A stretch of DNA of 64,000 nt from Monocercomonoides exilis PA203 (Eukaryota > Protista > Preaxostyla), in assembly GCA_001643675.2 (NCBI GenBank), contig LSRY02000002.1, positions 1,364,001-1,428,000 of the forward strand, given 5' to 3'. Below are positions 62,023 to 64,000 of this stretch, piece after piece. Numbering within the stretch: the first letter of the stretch is position 1; each line of letters begins with the position of its first letter. Both the position numbers and the translations under genes were made by a program. Below the pieces are notes generated by a model. It was not told the origin of the DNA. It did not search any database and worked only from the letters and a program-made list of their open reading frames with translations.

Positions 62023-62571
62023 ATGTCAGACACTGAAACAACAACTCAAGCTGCGCCAAAAGTTAAACAAACAAAACCCAAAAACAAGAAAAGTACCCCT
62101 TCAATTCCAGTTAGAAAGTACATTATCGAAGCAATTGGAAAGTTGAAGGATCGTACAGGAAGTAGTACTATTGCAATCGGAAATGAAATTATCAGAGCAC
62201 ACAAAGATATGGATGTGAACGTTGTGTTTTTAGCCAATCAATTAAAAATACAGCTCAGAAGGATGGTTGCTGAAGGATTATTGAAGAAGCACAAAGCATC
62301 ATATTTGTTAACTGACAAGACTAAAAAGATGAATAAAGTTACAGAGAAGAAATTGATGAAAAAATCTTCAAAAAAACCGAAGAAAGACAAGAAGAAGAAG
62401 ACAAGCAAAGTTGTTAAGAAATCAAATAAGAAGTCAGCAAAACCAAAAAAAGCAAAGAAGCAGATCAAAAAGATTTCAAAGGACAAAAAGAAGAAAATAA
62501 CTTCAAAGCCAAAAACAAAGAAAGCAAAGCGGCCAACAAACAAAAAGAACACATCAAAGAAATCTGCTTAA
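62023..62571 (+). CDS. linker histone H1 with globular winged-helix domain
   Basis: YIIEAIGKLKDRTGSSTIAI..LKIQLRRMVAEGLL..KASYLL (H15 domain) plus a Lys-rich C-terminal tail. Confidence 0.93.
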   Translation: MSDTETTTQAAPKVKQTKPKNKKSTPSIPVRKYIIEAIGKLKDRTGSSTIAIGNEIIRAHKDMDVNVVFLANQLKIQLRRMVAEGLLKKHKASYLLTDKTKKMNKVTEKKLMKKSSKKPKKDKKKKTSKVVKKSNKKSAKPKKAKKQIKKISKDKKKKITSKPKTKKAKRPTNKKNTSKKSA

Positions 62572-62960
62572 GTGATTTGAAATGCTTAAGTTTCTTCTTT
62601 ATCTCATTTCTCTTGTCTTCAATTTTTTTTTCACCACGTCGTTTAATCGTGTTTTTTTAACACGTTCAATTATCTTCTTTATCAAAAAATTAAAGTAATA
62701 AAATTTTGGATTTTTAATATTAATTTCAAAAAGGAAAACTTAATATTTAATTCTTTTGATTTAATGAATGAAAAAACTGGAAAATATGAATGAAATTATT
62801 TATACAATATATATACATATATCTATTTATAGATTGTAAGTTAATCTTGATTTTGTGAATTTGTCCTTTTTGATAATTCGAAGACCATTATTTGAATGAA
62901 AAAGATCAATAAGAAAAATTCCCTAATTAGCGTTGAAACACAAAAAGAAAATTTTCATAA

Positions 62961-63410
62961 ATGTTTGTATTTTTGACATTGTTCGCAACAGCAATCGCAC
63001 AAGAATTTGAAGAATTCGAAGATTCTGAATATTATGAATCATACGATGACTACACTTATGAAGAATACGAGGAGCCAGAAATTGATCAAGGATTATTCAA
63101 AGATGTTAAATGCGGTCTTTGTACGTGAAAACAAAAATTTTTGAATTTTATAAATGAATTGATTTATTTTTGTATGTGCTTTTTATTTTTTTAAGGCCAA
63201 AATCTCGTTCAGAAAGCTGAGGATTATGTTACTCAACACGGAGCTCAAGGACTTGGAGATTATTTGAAAAAGAAATTCTGCCCATCAACACCAATTGTTC
63301 ATGAGACTTGCTATGCTCTTGTTGATTCGATTCTTGATAAGGCCATCCAAATGATTCAACAAAAGTTGCCTCCACAAACTGTTTGCAAAAAATTGAAAGC
63401 TTGCAAATAG
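62961..63410 (+). CDS. saposin-like (SAPLIP) amoebapore-like pre-pro-peptide, 124 aa, 2 exons (not in ORF track)
   Basis: Exons 62961-63120 and 63196-63410 give MFVFLTLFATAIA-QEFEEFEDSEYYESYDDYTYEEYEEPEIDQ-GLFKDVKCGLCQNLVQKAEDYVTQHGAQGLGDYLKKKFCPSTPIVHETCYALVDSILDKAIQMIQQKLPPQTVCKKLKACK, with six Cys in saposin-B spacing. Confidence 0.9.
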
Positions 63411-63861
63411 ACTTTGTAGTGTATAGAGTACATTTTTTCTATAGGTTATTTTTTCTTTTCTTTTCATTTTCTGTGATTTTTTTCTTTCAGCTCCTTTTGG
63501 GGTTACGAGTTCGAATTAATAAAATAATCCAAAAGAAATTCTTTCTATTTCTGGAAATTTTGGTTGAATGTTTTATCAATAATTAAATTTGTAATTTCTG
63601 AATGTTTTCTTTGAATATCCCGTGAATGAAAGCTTTATTCTTCAATTTTGATTAAATAATAATCTTCAAAATGAACAGAATAAAACCAAAGTATAAGAAC
63701 AGTTCAAGAAACTTGTTTGTTAACAATTAAAAAATTAAAAGTATTTTGCATCCGTTTTTTATTATAAATCGTCAATAAACAAATAAATACCAAATAACTT
63801 TTGCTTTTTGATCAGAAATATCCTCAATTTACTGAAAAGCAAAAAAGTTTCAAAAGTGAAA

Positions 63862-64000
63862 ATGTTCATTTTGTTGTTTTCCGCTGTTCTCGCTGAATCT
63901 CTTGTTGAGATTGTGAATTCTGATCCAACTTCATCATGGGTTGCAATTGATTATCCACGAGAAGTTATCACTTTGGCTAAAATGCGCGCAATGCTTGGAG
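63862..64000 (+). CDS. cathepsin B-like cysteine protease, 5' end (truncated by window; not in ORF track)
   Basis: MFILLFSAVLA-ESLVEIVNSDPTSSWVAIDYPREVITLAKMRAMLG is a signal peptide plus a cathepsin B-type propeptide (VNxxxxxWxA...LG). Confidence 0.75.
   Translation, partial: MFILLFSAVLAESLVEIVNSDPTSSWVAIDYPREVITLAKMRAMLG

Noticed and set aside
62572-62680. Histone 3' stem-loop after H1
   Set aside because: No canonical 6-bp stem/4-nt loop consensus, only weak AT-rich dyads.
1-64000. tRNA, rRNA, CRISPR arrays or prokaryotic operons
   Set aside because: No cloverleaf/T-loop contexts, rRNA-like segments or regularly spaced repeats were seen by eye. Gene structure is spliceosomal-eukaryotic throughout.

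Overview
Eukaryotic, intron-containing protist DNA read with the standard code. It has short GT-AG introns of about 50-240 nt, very AT-rich intergenic DNA, poly-Ser (TCT)n inserts in many proteins, and oxymonad-type cathepsin B and beta-helix surface proteins. This is most consistent with the oxymonad Monocercomonoides or a relative (inference). Housekeeping genes: partial WD40-like gene, DDX54/Dbp10, an SLC35E3-like transporter, PP2C, AP-4 sigma, DDX19/Dbp5, a ~4700-aa USP9/24/34-type deubiquitinase, guanylate kinase, a 2271-aa single-pass surface protein, a DENN protein, HSP20, an MPHOSPH9-like coiled-coil protein and histone H1. Two DNA-transposon nests lie at 8.3-14.7 kb and 38.0-40.2 kb. 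They contain a 2.9-kb element with ~435-bp near-perfect TIRs, six ~255-275-bp MITEs, a pogo-like element (TA TSD) and a Merlin element (8-bp TSD). The long-TIR element and the MITEs share a 4-bp A-N-N-T target duplication, suggesting a Sola-like system. Features absent from or only partly captured by the ORF track: a spliced ~70-77-aa microprotein made almost only of the PDCD4/Stm1-like ribosome-binding motif, an amoebapore-like saposin with an acidic propeptide, and a cathepsin B start. The saposin, cathepsin B and a secreted GH25 lysozyme lie within ~11 kb and may form a bacteriolytic toolkit. All splice models were derived by eye.
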